Shown piece after piece: positions 1-8,988 of a DNA stretch of 64,000 nt. Each line of letters begins with the position of its first letter. Position 1 is the stretch's first letter. The translations under genes and the position numbers were made by a program. The DNA comes from a virus. Lineage: Duplodnaviria > Heunggongvirae > Uroviricota > Caudoviricetes. The DNA lies in IMG/VR virus record IMGVR_UViG_3300028666_000024, positions 1 to 64,000 of that record; one strand, given 5' to 3'. The notes beneath the pieces were generated by a model. It ran no database searches, was not told the origin of the DNA, and saw only the letters and a list, made by a program, of their open reading frames with translations.

Positions 1-126
1 TCTTTCAAAGTTCTTTCAAAGTTCTTTCAAAGTTCTTTCAAAGTTCTTTCAAAGTTCTTTCAAAGTTCTTTCAAAGTTCTTTCAAAGTTCTTTCAAAGTT
101 CTTTCAAAGTTCTTTCAAAGTTCTTT
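1..126. repeat. Tandem repeat, 11-bp unit 'ttctttcaaag', ~11.5 copies
   Basis: Read directly; perfect copies from the window edge to ~126. Confidence 0.9.
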
Positions 127-241
127 CTTCTCCTTGATGAAAATGTATAATCCAAAACATATGCCGGGAATGAAGACACAAGCAATGAGAGAACCAGAGA
201 ACTTCAGAAATTGAATATCAAAACAATCAAGATGAATCATT

Positions 242-607
242 TTAAATCTCCCTTTGAAAAAATTTTGAAATCATCTTTGGAATGTTTTCAAATCCTCGTC
301 CCCAATTGTTGACTCCTCCAGTATAATCCTTCTCATCCTTTGCCAGTCTAACAATGAAGGATAAGGATGCAGTATCTTTGTTCGTTCCGCGATAGTCTGA
401 AGTCATTAGATAAACAACCACAGAGTCTATCCGAACAAAGGCTGAACAATAATAATGTCCTTTGTTAAATGTTATCTGAGCGGAGGGAAATGAACGCTTG
501 AGCAATGCTTTGATATTTTTGGATTGTTGAAGAGAGAGAGGACCGTTGATAGTTCCTGATTCGGATTGAACACCAGAAACATAAACTGATTTATCTTTGG
601 AAATCAT
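242..607 (-). CDS. hypothetical protein (121 aa)
   Basis: ORF with AAGGAG RBS upstream of the ATG at 607. Confidence 0.55.
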   Translation of the reverse strand: MISKDKSVYVSGVQSESGTINGPLSLQQSKNIKALLKRSFPSAQITFNKGHYYCSAFVRIDSVVVYLMTSDYRGTNKDTASLSFIVRLAKDEKDYTGGVNNWGRGFENIPKMISKFFQREI

Positions 608-642
608 TTGAAATCTCCTTTGAAACGCGGGCTCCCTCGCTG

Positions 643-843
643 TTATGTGTTATCCTTGGCCATGACGATATCTATGTACATCCGGTTGGCTGTATCGGTA
701 TTTTTGCCGTATCTGCGTTTACAGAGCTTTTCGGCGGCCATGTGCGCCGCGCCCCATGTCGCATACGATCTGGTGTATAGCGTAGCCATTGTCCCCAACT
801 GATCAACTACGTTGCCGATAATCTTTGTCGTCTTGGCTTCCAT
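643..843 (-). CDS. small GC-rich hypothetical protein (66 aa), moron-like
   Basis: ORF in a locally GC-rich island; start lies in the 130-bp promoter/UTR repeat shared with the 10396 gene; GGAGAG RBS. Confidence 0.5.
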   Translation of the reverse strand: MEAKTTKIIGNVVDQLGTMATLYTRSYATWGAAHMAAEKLCKRRYGKNTDTANRMYIDIVMAKDNT

Positions 844-905
844 GTTCTCTCTCCTCGGTTTGATTATTTTCCTTCTTACTGCCTTCCTTTAAAATATACA
901 ACTAA

Positions 906-934
906 AATATACAACATGCCGGGATAAAAGTCAA
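906..934 (-). promoter_or_regulatory. sigma70-like promoter TTGACT-N17-TATATT (minus strand), spacer contains CCCGGCATG
   Basis: Revcomp reads TTGACTtttatcccggcatgttgTATATT; drives the 643..843 gene. Confidence 0.5.
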
Positions 935-960
935 ATGTTTTTAAATCTATTTTAAAATAT

Positions 961-1045
961 CTTTGAAACTCCATATCCTTATATAAGTCTGTACTCTTTG
1001 AAACTCCATATCCTTATATAAGTCTGTACTCTTTCAAACTCTTTA
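961..1045. repeat. Tandem direct repeat, ~35-bp unit x2.4 (ctttgaaactccatatccttatataagtctgtact)
   Basis: Read directly. Confidence 0.8.
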
Positions 1046-1065
1046 GGAATCTACTTTAAAAGTTC

Positions 1066-1094
1066 TTGCATTTAATTGTGCAATGAATTATATT
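1066..1094 (+). promoter_or_regulatory. sigma70-like promoter TTGCAT-N17-TATATT
   Basis: ttgcat ttaattgtgcaatgaat tatatt, ~75 bp upstream of the 1169 gene. Confidence 0.5.
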
Positions 1095-1168
1095 TTAAAT
1101 AACAAAGATTTGAAATTATTTTTAAATCTGTTTTAAATACCCTTCACAACTTTTCAAAGGAATTTAAA

Positions 1169-1501
1169 ATGTCTTCCAAATCCTCAAACAATGTATCACT
1201 TATCCCGGCAGTTGATCCAACAGAGGAAAAGGCACTAACACCACTCAAGGCAAAGAGTATCCCTCCGAAGAAAGTTTATACCTCGGCATGGGTCTCTCTT
1301 TCAACATGGGCGAAACGTAATGGGATCTCTCCCTCCCTTGCAACCCTTCGTATTCCCACCCTCAAGGCAGCTCTGGTTTTGCGTGATCCGGAATCCAAAA
1401 GAATTATTGGTGTCCGTGGTGATGTCAAGACCGTGGCAAATCTCCATAAGGCAAAGGAAGCAAAGACAAAGGCAGCAAAGAAAGTCTCTGTCTCGATATA
1501 A
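1169..1501 (+). CDS. lysine-rich small protein (110 aa), possible DNA-binding/histone-like
   Basis: ORF with AAAGGA RBS; K/A-rich C-terminal tail. Confidence 0.55.
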   Translation: MSSKSSNNVSLIPAVDPTEEKALTPLKAKSIPPKKVYTSAWVSLSTWAKRNGISPSLATLRIPTLKAALVLRDPESKRIIGVRGDVKTVANLHKAKEAKTKAAKKVSVSI

Positions 1502-1593
1502 CAATCATATCCTCTGTCGGGACTTTCAAAGTAATTAATAAAACTTTGAAAGTCCTTTTAAATTAATTTTGAAAATTTGTGAAAGGTTATAAA

Positions 1594-2058
1594 ATGTATG
1601 AAACTCCTTTGAAATTGATTAAAATAACTTCAAACAATTTGATAGTTTGGGAAGTTAATGGTAGAATTATTGATGAAGATACAGCACTTGCTATTTTAAA
1701 AACGGCAGGTGTTGAATACTTTCCAAAAACTTTACAAAATGTTTTTAACCCTTCTGAAAGCTTTACATCTGATTTTAAACCTTCTGAATCTTTTCGTTTC
1801 AAAATTGGAGATGTTGTTATAGTCAATGGAAGATCATCAAATAAAGATGAAATATTTAATGAAAAAGGAATAATTGAAAAAGTTGATAAATATGGTCCGT
1901 GGATATATCTGATAAAACTTATTGCTAGTAATTATATTCCGGGATGGTTTAAGCAGGAGTCTGTATATAGTTTAGAACCAATTCAAAAACCAATTCAAAA
2001 ACCAATTCAAAAACCAATTCAAAAATCTGTAAAAAGAAAATTCTTCTTCAATGATTAA
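1594..2058 (+). CDS. repeat-containing protein with C-terminal KRKFFFND tail
   Basis: ATG at 1594 with GAAAGG RBS (the track start at 1579 is GTG); internal PIQK x4 and PSESF x2 repeats. Confidence 0.6.
   Translation: MYETPLKLIKITSNNLIVWEVNGRIIDEDTALAILKTAGVEYFPKTLQNVFNPSESFTSDFKPSESFRFKIGDVVIVNGRSSNKDEIFNEKGIIEKVDKYGPWIYLIKLIASNYIPGWFKQESVYSLEPIQKPIQKPIQKPIQKSVKRKFFFND
1978..2025. repeat. 12-bp tandem repeat 'ccaattcaaaaa' x4 (encodes PIQK)
   Basis: Read directly. Confidence 0.9.
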
Positions 2059-2071
2059 AAAGGAGTTGTAA

Positions 2072-2248
2072 ATGAAAAGCTTTATATTTGTTTTTGAAAA
2101 TAAAGAAACAAAGAAAGTGTCGGAAAGAAAACCTGTACCTGCAAAAAATCTCAAAGAAGCACAGGAGTTGGCACGAATACTATGTCCTAGATCTAATATA
2201 GTCAAATCAGTTATACAACTATCAAAGGAGAAAACTAAATCTCTTTGA
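2072..2248 (+). CDS. small hypothetical protein (58 aa)
   Basis: AAAAGGAG RBS 8 nt upstream of the ATG; not in the ORF track because it is <60 aa. Confidence 0.5.
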   Translation: MKSFIFVFENKETKKVSERKPVPAKNLKEAQELARILCPRSNIVKSVIQLSKEKTKSL

Positions 2249-2292
2249 AATTTAACTTCGAAAGATTTTGAAAATTCTTTGAAAATAATTCT

Positions 2293-2321
2293 TGACTTTG
2301 ATTGTGAAATGTAGTATATTT
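2293..2321 (+). promoter_or_regulatory. sigma70-like promoter TTGACT-N17-TATATT
   Basis: ttgact ttgattgtgaaatgtag tatatt; no substantial ORF downstream, only a 5-codon MNPPA mini-ORF at ~2405 with a GGAGG RBS. Confidence 0.5.
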
Positions 2322-2580
2322 TAAAGGTAGTTGTTCGGGACCAACCAACCGATGGTTTTATAATACTAATTAAAACTTTATAAATCTATGGAGGATAACA
2401 AGAAATGAATCCACCGGCCTGATAAGAACCCCCTTTAAAATTGTACCCTGAATATTAAACTTGTGATGAATACCCGGAGATGATATACGTCTTCGGGTTT
2501 TTCTTTTTAATCATCTTTCAAACTCTTTCGAAGTCTGCCTTTCAAAGTATCTTTCAAATATTTTTAAATCTAATTTTCAA

Positions 2581-2640
2581 ATCCTTTCAAATCCTTTCAA
2601 ATCCTTTCAAATCCTTTCAAATCCTTTCAAATCCTTTCAA
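2581..2640. repeat. 10-bp tandem repeat 'atcctttcaa' x6
   Basis: Read directly. Confidence 0.9.
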
Positions 2641-2829
2641 ATATTTTAAACCTTTTAAAAGATGTTGCAAACCCTCTAAATCTACTTTGCAAATTTACTT
2701 TTAAAATTTTACAAATAAACAATGGGGCAGATAGAGGGCGGTGTGTAACAGGTGTTACTTGTTAAGTTCTTTAAAATCAAGAGGTTGCAAAGGGATTTTT
2801 CTCACTCTAAAACCAATTTTACAATTCTT

Positions 2830-3025
2830 TTAAATTCAAACAGTTAGGAAGGATTTAAAGTGTTTCAAAATGGAACACTTTAGAAGGATTTAAAAGTGTT
2901 TCAAAATGAAACAGTGTTTCAAAATGGAACACTTTAGAAGGATTTAAAAGTATTGCAGAAGTGTTGCAAACCTTTCTAAAGGATTTAAAGTATTGTAAAC
3001 TGTTTTCAAAATAAAACAGTTACCC
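2830..3025. repeat. Iteron-like cluster of direct repeats and hairpins (agtgtttcaaaatggaacact x2, aggatttaaa(a)g x4, aactgttttcaaaataaaacagtt)
   Basis: Read directly; inside a ~1 kb non-coding stretch, 2330-3340. Confidence 0.6.
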
Positions 3026-3347
3026 GGCGCAACCAATCAACAGAAATGCATTTTGAAATATTAATCCGATAAGTGCTCCGATAAAACATGTTGGGATACA
3101 TATTGAGATTGACAAAGCTTTCCAATATTTTCAATTCTTATTAATTTTCATTTTTAATCCTTAATAAGAAATTATAATCTTTGCAAAAGAACTTAAGGAA
3201 ATCTATTATTAAGATAAATGGTTTCAGACTAATATATTCGAAATCTTTTGAGTTTAAAGCAATTATAATTTTTATTAAATTTAAAATTCTTTACAGGAAT
3301 ACTTTTCAAATATTTTAAAAGGATTTCAAAGTTTTCATTAGAGATAT

Positions 3348-3797
3348 TCATAGACCTGTTCTTTCTTCATCAATTTCTTTTATAGTGTTAAAGAGATTTT
3401 TGGCGAAATTATATTTAGCATCATTTACTTTATTAATATCATTCAAGTCATTGATTTTAAAATATGTAATCCATTTATTCAATCCTGATATTATATTATT
3501 TTGATGAAATGTAAATACAACAGAAGATAATGATGAATTGATAGTAACTTCGGCAATCAGATTACATTTGTAAAAAATCTCCAAATAGTGATTACGATTA
3601 TAAACGGTAAGTGTTTCAGTTTTAAAGATTTTAGAATGATTTAGAGATAAAATCCATTTAAAGAATGTATTTTGAATTTTTTCCAAGAATTCCTTTTCAA
3701 ATTCTTTTTTTCTTCTATCATTTTCTTTTTGTTGATTGATTTTGAATTGACGAGTATTATTTGAAAGTTCTATCAAAAGATTTTCAAGAGTTTTCAT
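3348..3797 (-). CDS. hypothetical protein (~149 aa)
   Basis: ORF; start trimmed to MKTLENL so that ATGA overlaps the upstream gene stop. Confidence 0.45.
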   Translation of the reverse strand: MKTLENLLIELSNNTRQFKINQQKENDRRKKEFEKEFLEKIQNTFFKWILSLNHSKIFKTETLTVYNRNHYLEIFYKCNLIAEVTINSSLSSVVFTFHQNNIISGLNKWITYFKINDLNDINKVNDAKYNFAKNLFNTIKEIDEERTGL

Positions 3798-4048
3798 TCC
3801 AATTCCTTTTTGATTTTGTGAAAGAGGGATGGATGTACTACAGATATTTCTCGATGTGTTGCTTGACATATATCGTTCAGGATATCGGCAAGTTCAGATT
3901 TAGTGAACACCATCAACACATGAACATCTTTTTCGAGTTCATCTTTGATAAATTCTGTTTGTTGGTCTGCACACAATCCGGCGGCATAACCATCATAGTT
4001 TAATTTTTCTTTATAAAATCTTTTCAATAGAAAATTTAAATAATTCAT
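3794..4048 (-). CDS. hypothetical protein (84 aa)
   Basis: ORF with GAAAGGA RBS. Confidence 0.5.
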   Translation of the reverse strand: MNYLNFLLKRFYKEKLNYDGYAAGLCADQQTEFIKDELEKDVHVLMVFTKSELADILNDICQATHREISVVHPSLFHKIKKELE

Positions 4049-4108
4049 TTACAAATCCTTTCAAATTAGTTTCAAGGTTTTCAAGGTTTTCAAATCATTT
4101 TAGAGATA

Positions 4109-5038
4109 TTATTCTCTTATTGCATTAGGGGAGATTGGTACACCATAAGGACTTACCCCTAAGAAGCTGAAAGATATTTGAGTATTGATTGGGAAGAGTG
4201 TTTTGCTATTATCTCTTTCAGTATCCAAGAATCCTCCTCCTACATTGAACTTCACTTGTTTTCCAATCATGTCAGGGGTTCCGCCTTTGACAGATTTGAT
4301 AGTATCATCCCAAGTGAGTTCAACAATCAATCCACCCATTCTACCTTCGTGTTTGCCTTCTCCCGGATATTCACCCACAACAAAACCTTCGTGAGTATAT
4401 TGGGTTTTCCATTTCAAAAGATTTCGAACTCTTTTACATTCATATTTTGAAAGTGGGTTTGCAAACATGAGACCTTCCCAACGTTGTGATTTAGAAAGTT
4501 TTACAGCATTTTGAATATCTTCGATAGAATTTACAGGAGATTGAGTAACATATTTTACGACTGGATTATTCTGTAAATTTGTTATGAAGAGGTGGAAGAG
4601 TTTGATTTGTCTTTTATTCCAATTTTCGTTATTGAAGAAGGGAGATGATAATAATTCAGGAGAAGAGATAGTATCACAAGAGAAAGGTTTATATCCAAAG
4701 ACTTTATATTGGATTTCGTTCCATCTTGAGTCATTGAGGGATTTTTCTTTACCCTGACCACAGATAGACTTAACAATTCCGGTATCATCAGTTTCGTGCC
4801 AGAGTTCACCATCAAGAGGGATTCCTTGCGGGAGATTTTTCAACCACCAATCGGGAGCATTGACAGGTTTTGGTCCTGAATATCTTCCGAGTGTTTCGAG
4901 TTGATATCCATTCCATAGAGTTCTGTGTCCGTTTAATTTTCTGGAATAGAACCAACCGACAAGTTTTTCCATTTGTTCTGTGTTTTTTTCCAGATTGATA
5001 TCAAGACTATGTGCCATCATTGCAGTGAAGGTGCTCAT
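4109..5038 (-). CDS. ATP-dependent polynucleotide ligase-like nucleotidyltransferase (DNA/RNA ligase superfamily)
   Basis: Motif I-like KLNGHR (KxNGxR), motif IV EGLMF, motif V LLKWK; order and spacing match a minimal ligase plus OB domain. Confidence 0.55.
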   Translation of the reverse strand: MSTFTAMMAHSLDINLEKNTEQMEKLVGWFYSRKLNGHRTLWNGYQLETLGRYSGPKPVNAPDWWLKNLPQGIPLDGELWHETDDTGIVKSICGQGKEKSLNDSRWNEIQYKVFGYKPFSCDTISSPELLSSPFFNNENWNKRQIKLFHLFITNLQNNPVVKYVTQSPVNSIEDIQNAVKLSKSQRWEGLMFANPLSKYECKRVRNLLKWKTQYTHEGFVVGEYPGEGKHEGRMGGLIVELTWDDTIKSVKGGTPDMIGKQVKFNVGGGFLDTERDNSKTLFPINTQISFSFLGVSPYGVPISPNAIRE

Positions 5039-5066
5039 GATTTATTTCCTTTCGAGACAAAGAATT

Positions 5067-5231
5067 TTAGTTATCCTCCGGAAAAATACAATAGAGGAAT
5101 GTTATTATCAAACTTATCAGAGATAAAGTTAAAGAAAAAAATAACAAGTCTTTATTATGTGTTAATGCAGTAGCAACCCAAGATCCTGTCAAAAAACCTC
5201 CCCAAATAAATCCAAGAATAACGCTCTTCAT
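5067..5231 (-). CDS. small membrane protein (~54 aa)
   Basis: AAGGAG RBS; hydrophobic segments. Confidence 0.4.
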   Translation of the reverse strand: MKSVILGFIWGGFLTGSWVATALTHNKDLLFFSLTLSLISLIITFLYCIFPEDN

Positions 5232-5435
5232 TTTAAATCTCCTTTGTAAGAATTTCTTCTTTGAAAGTTTTTGTAAATGGACCTTTCCAACCTCGAAGAT
5301 CTGTGAATGTAAACCAGACACAACATATTAAGATACCTTCTTTAGTCAACAATATTTTTTCTATTACCATCCTCGGTCCTCCCTTACTACTACCTTTCAA
5401 TCTAACAATATCACCAACAGCAAGTTTTTTTCATT

Positions 5436-5783
5436 TCAAATCTCCTTTTTCAAATTTTTTTGAAGATATTTTAAAATTGTTTTATGAAGTTTGTTTTGGT
5501 GTTCATTAAGAATTCTTTCATTTCTTGTCTGCCATACCTCATCAATCTTGTTATAAATGTTAAGAACTCTTTGTTGTTGATCTTCTGTTAGTTTTATCCA
5601 AGACGGAAACCAACCATATTTTAAAGAACCCCACACTTTAGTTTTATAACCAATCAAGAAATTACTTCTCCTACCTATTTGAATTTTCTTCCATTTAAAA
5701 TCTCCTTCCTGATTAATTTTGAAGGTTTCTAAAGGAATACTTTCAATCAATTGTAAAATTATTTCTAATTCTTCCTGACTCAT
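5436..5783 (-). CDS. hypothetical protein (115 aa)
   Basis: ORF with AAGGAG RBS; ATGA overlap with the downstream gene. Confidence 0.55.
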   Translation of the reverse strand: MSQEELEIILQLIESIPLETFKINQEGDFKWKKIQIGRRSNFLIGYKTKVWGSLKYGWFPSWIKLTEDQQQRVLNIYNKIDEVWQTRNERILNEHQNKLHKTILKYLQKNLKKEI

Positions 5784-6307
5784 TTTGAAATCTCCTTTAC
5801 AAGAATTTCTTTAAACATCGGCCAAATCTTTTCAAGAAACAACAACAGTTGAAAATTTATTTCCATCACACAGGGAATAGATTCGTAATCATGATACAAA
5901 CATTCACATAATGGACTTTCTACGATACTTTGGCAATAAGTTATTTCTGAATAAAAATCTAAAGAGAATTTAACCCAATTCCAACAATCATATGTTTCTT
6001 CTTTTGTAATTTTTCTTTCCCTGCGATTTCTTATAATATCTTTCAAAATGATTTTTTTAGTTTTATCGGCATTAAATTCTTTTGGAAGATTCATTCCCAA
6101 TTTCTTTATCAAGTAACCTTTATCAAGACTTATCAAGAATCTTTTAATATCTGTTCCCATAAAATTCCAACGATATCTATAATCTCCGTAGTCTGATTGG
6201 ATATCAAGAAATCCATCATCAGAGATTATAATGTTTGCCCACATGGAATATTCTCCACTTCGGATATAATATCTTTCAGAAGATTTCTTTTCAAAGGTAT
6301 AGTTCAT
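5780..6307 (-). CDS. hypothetical protein (175 aa)
   Basis: ORF with overlapping stop/start at both ends. Confidence 0.55.
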   Translation of the reverse strand: MNYTFEKKSSERYYIRSGEYSMWANIIISDDGFLDIQSDYGDYRYRWNFMGTDIKRFLISLDKGYLIKKLGMNLPKEFNADKTKKIILKDIIRNRRERKITKEETYDCWNWVKFSLDFYSEITYCQSIVESPLCECLYHDYESIPCVMEINFQLLLFLEKIWPMFKEILVKEISK

Positions 6308-7314
6308 CAGATCTCTTTCTTTATGAATTGGTTAAAGATTTCAAATTTGTCATATATTAAAATTTCAGATAAACCCACATATCTTATATTTTTAATTTCT
6401 GGAGGGAATATAATTTTCATTTTATTCAATACCTCAGTTGGGATAACAATTTCTTCATCTGCATCGAAAGGAATATTTAAAAACATAGAAAAGAGAGTAA
6501 AAAGAGTAAAAAGATTTTCTTTTTCAATATCTTTTAAATTTAATTTTAAAAACTTTTCAAATAAACACTTTCGAACATCAGAAAGTTTGAAATTATCACC
6601 AAGTTCTTTTTTATAAAGATTATCTCCGGTTTCCTTTATAAAAGAATGAGATTTTCTAAAGTTATAATATTTTGAAGTATTTAGTTGAAGGAAGTTTTCT
6701 TTATCAAAACTATCGAGCCAAACAGTAACATTTTTCTTAATTTCAATTTCATTATGACATCCATCTTTATCCATATATTGATTAATCCGAAGAAGTTGTC
6801 CTTTACCTAGAAAAACCTCTTTATTTGTTATTGATTCATAGATATGTCCGGGTTTGAAATTTTTTATTGGTTTCTCTTTTCTTTTAATATCAACAACACA
6901 TGCATCATTATACAACTTTGAACCAATCAGAATAAGTTTCATCTGTGAGCCAATTATTCCAAAGACAAACTTTCCTTTCAATCTCCCACCTGCATCTATC
7001 CCTTCATTCAGGATAACATCCATCAAGACATCTTCCCGGAGATCATAACGATACTTGTTATTAATCAATATCTTGTATGCTCTTCCACCCTCTCCCCTAT
7101 GTTCTAATGTTTTTATCACAACATCTTCAATCGGAACGTTGTCACAAGGAGTTTGAGCATAGGTATTTTCTTTTCCATTTTTGACCCAACTAAGTGCAGT
7201 TTCAAGGGTTTTGGGATTTGTGGCATCAACCGGGAAAATATCTATTACTTTTTTCCCTTGATAATTTTTATAAATCTTTTCAACGATTATTAATTTCTTT
7301 GGAATTGAGGACAT
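6307..7314 (-). CDS. hypothetical protein (335 aa)
   Basis: Long ORF. Confidence 0.55.
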   Translation of the reverse strand: MSSIPKKLIIVEKIYKNYQGKKVIDIFPVDATNPKTLETALSWVKNGKENTYAQTPCDNVPIEDVVIKTLEHRGEGGRAYKILINNKYRYDLREDVLMDVILNEGIDAGGRLKGKFVFGIIGSQMKLILIGSKLYNDACVVDIKRKEKPIKNFKPGHIYESITNKEVFLGKGQLLRINQYMDKDGCHNEIEIKKNVTVWLDSFDKENFLQLNTSKYYNFRKSHSFIKETGDNLYKKELGDNFKLSDVRKCLFEKFLKLNLKDIEKENLFTLFTLFSMFLNIPFDADEEIVIPTEVLNKMKIIFPPEIKNIRYVGLSEILIYDKFEIFNQFIKKEI

Positions 7315-7389
7315 TTTAAATCTTTTCTTCTTTTAAAAGATTCTTTACAAAGTCTTTAGAATGTTTTGGATTTATAATCATAAAGTTTT

Positions 7390-7674
7390 TCACGATTTAT
7401 TCTTTCTAAACGCAGGAAGTAAAATAATATTACCTAGTTCATCTTTTTTCCAATTGATTTTAAATTTTGAAAGCAACATTTTATAAAGTTTCCAAATTAA
7501 ATCTAACAACAATATTATTGCAAGAATAGGATACGTGATAGGACCGAAGAAAACAAATATTAATAAAATATTTAAGTCACTAGTTGTTAGAGTATCTCCA
7601 CAAATAAGATTGTTTATGATTATAAAACCACCACCACCAATCAAAATCCAAAGTAATATAATTTCAACTATCAT
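7390..7674 (-). CDS. small membrane protein (94 aa)
   Basis: Very hydrophobic ORF. Confidence 0.5.
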   Translation of the reverse strand: MIVEIILLWILIGGGGFIIINNLICGDTLTTSDLNILLIFVFFGPITYPILAIILLLDLIWKLYKMLLSKFKINWKKDELGNIILLPAFRKNKS

Positions 7675-7928
7675 AGAGCAGTCTCCTTTAAATGTTTTGA
7701 GTTTGTTTTGAGCAGAGTAGAATACTTTCTTTTTCTTCGAAGCTCTTTGATATTTTTATAGAACTCAATACTTTGTTTTGTCATTTCATCTTCAAACTCA
7801 AGATTGGAAAGAACTTTTCTACGATTATCTGCAAAGGATGTAGTTATATCTCCAGTTTGAAGCATAGATATTCCATCAAGATAACGATAATGAAACGGCA
7901 GAGAAAATTTGGTTGTTAGGTCAGACAT
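7671..7928 (-). CDS. hypothetical protein (85 aa)
   Basis: ORF with ATGA overlap with the downstream gene. Confidence 0.5.
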   Translation of the reverse strand: MSDLTTKFSLPFHYRYLDGISMLQTGDITTSFADNRRKVLSNLEFEDEMTKQSIEFYKNIKELRRKRKYSTLLKTNSKHLKETAL

Positions 7929-8055
7929 GATACTTTTCTTTGATAAATTGTTTAGAATACCTTTTTTAAATCTCTTTAGAAGCCTTTTAATCCATTTTAA
8001 AGTCTTCAGACGTATCTAAAGAGGTTTAAAGACTTCTGATTGATTATAGAGCCTC

Positions 8056-8562
8056 TTAGGACTGTTTAATTGAAATCTCTTCCTTTTTAACGGCAAAGTG
8101 AGGGAGAAAGAATCCATAACCATTTTTGCAAGGACGAATCAGATTCATTTGATTTTTGAGAAGAGTGTGTTCTGGATAGAGATCATGTCCATGAATAACT
8201 TCTTCATCCCATTCTATTCCGTAAAAGATTTTGCCATAGACACCGAGGATAGTTCCCTTCATTCCCGGTTTAATATTAGGACTTAGACAAGTTTCTTCTA
8301 TACATCTGACACGATCTCCCGGTTGATATATCACTGTGGGGATTTGACAGAGTTTCTTATTGTAATCTATCATCTCATGTGATATTGGATGATTAATAAG
8401 TTTTGGAAATCGTGGAAATCGTGTGAATAAATTCCACAAGATAATCGGCCACAAGAAAGCAACTAAACCAAAATTCTTTTTAACTCCAACCAACCAACAG
8501 AGGATCATCATTACCAATCCGATAATAATATAAATTTCTATAAAATGACAAAAGAAATGCAT
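8056..8562 (-). CDS. membrane-anchored hypothetical protein (~168 aa)
   Basis: Start at MHFFCHF with an AAGGAG RBS; one TM segment plus a soluble domain. Confidence 0.5.
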   Translation of the reverse strand: MHFFCHFIEIYIIIGLVMMILCWLVGVKKNFGLVAFLWPIILWNLFTRFPRFPKLINHPISHEMIDYNKKLCQIPTVIYQPGDRVRCIEETCLSPNIKPGMKGTILGVYGKIFYGIEWDEEVIHGHDLYPEHTLLKNQMNLIRPCKNGYGFFLPHFAVKKEEISIKQS

Positions 8563-8587
8563 TTTAAACTCCTTCTTGTTAAAATTG

Positions 8588-8956
8588 TTAATCTTCGAAA
8601 AAGAACTTCCGTTTCTTTTCAATTTTATCTTTAGAATTTTCAGAAATTATTTTAAATCTTTTCAAATTTAATTCTGATTTGAAATTTGTTTTCTTTATAA
8701 AGTTTAATGACTGTGCTAATAAATCTAACGCCTGTGGATTATCAAATTTAAAGATTACTGTCTTATCTCCTGCAACTTGCAAACCATTTTTAACATCTTT
8801 AATTGATTTTTCTATAGATGTAGATGTTTCTGTTATGATTAAACAAATATCATCTACTCCTCCCTGATTCCTTTTTGCTGTATAGAAACTGATACCATCA
8901 TTTTTATCTGCTTCAAATACAAAGGTGAGGATGTTGTTTTCTTTTTTAATTGTCAT
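8588..8956 (-). CDS. hypothetical protein with C-terminal KRKFFFED tail (122 aa)
   Basis: ORF. Confidence 0.55.
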   Translation of the reverse strand: MTIKKENNILTFVFEADKNDGISFYTAKRNQGGVDDICLIITETSTSIEKSIKDVKNGLQVAGDKTVIFKFDNPQALDLLAQSLNFIKKTNFKSELNLKRFKIISENSKDKIEKKRKFFFED

Positions 8957-8988
8957 AGTTCTGATTCTCTTTGCTTTCTAACTTTCCG

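Noticed and set aside
608-802. Plus-strand ORF opposite the 643-843 gene
   Set aside because: No RBS; the minus-strand gene has the promoter and RBS.
1-2640. Possible CRISPR arrays at the tandem repeats 1-126 and 2581-2640
   Set aside because: The repeats are contiguous with no unique spacers, and the units are only 10-11 bp. They are simple tandem repeats.
2480-2704. Six-frame ORFs lying in repeat DNA (2480-2704, 10857-11045, 43251-43516, 43911-44280, 61596-61778, 45487-46241)
   Set aside because: They arise from tandem-repeat or low-complexity sequence on the wrong strand or frame, and overlap better-supported genes.
4973-5173. Plus-strand ORF between the ligase and the small membrane gene
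   Set aside because: It overlaps both minus-strand genes and has no RBS.
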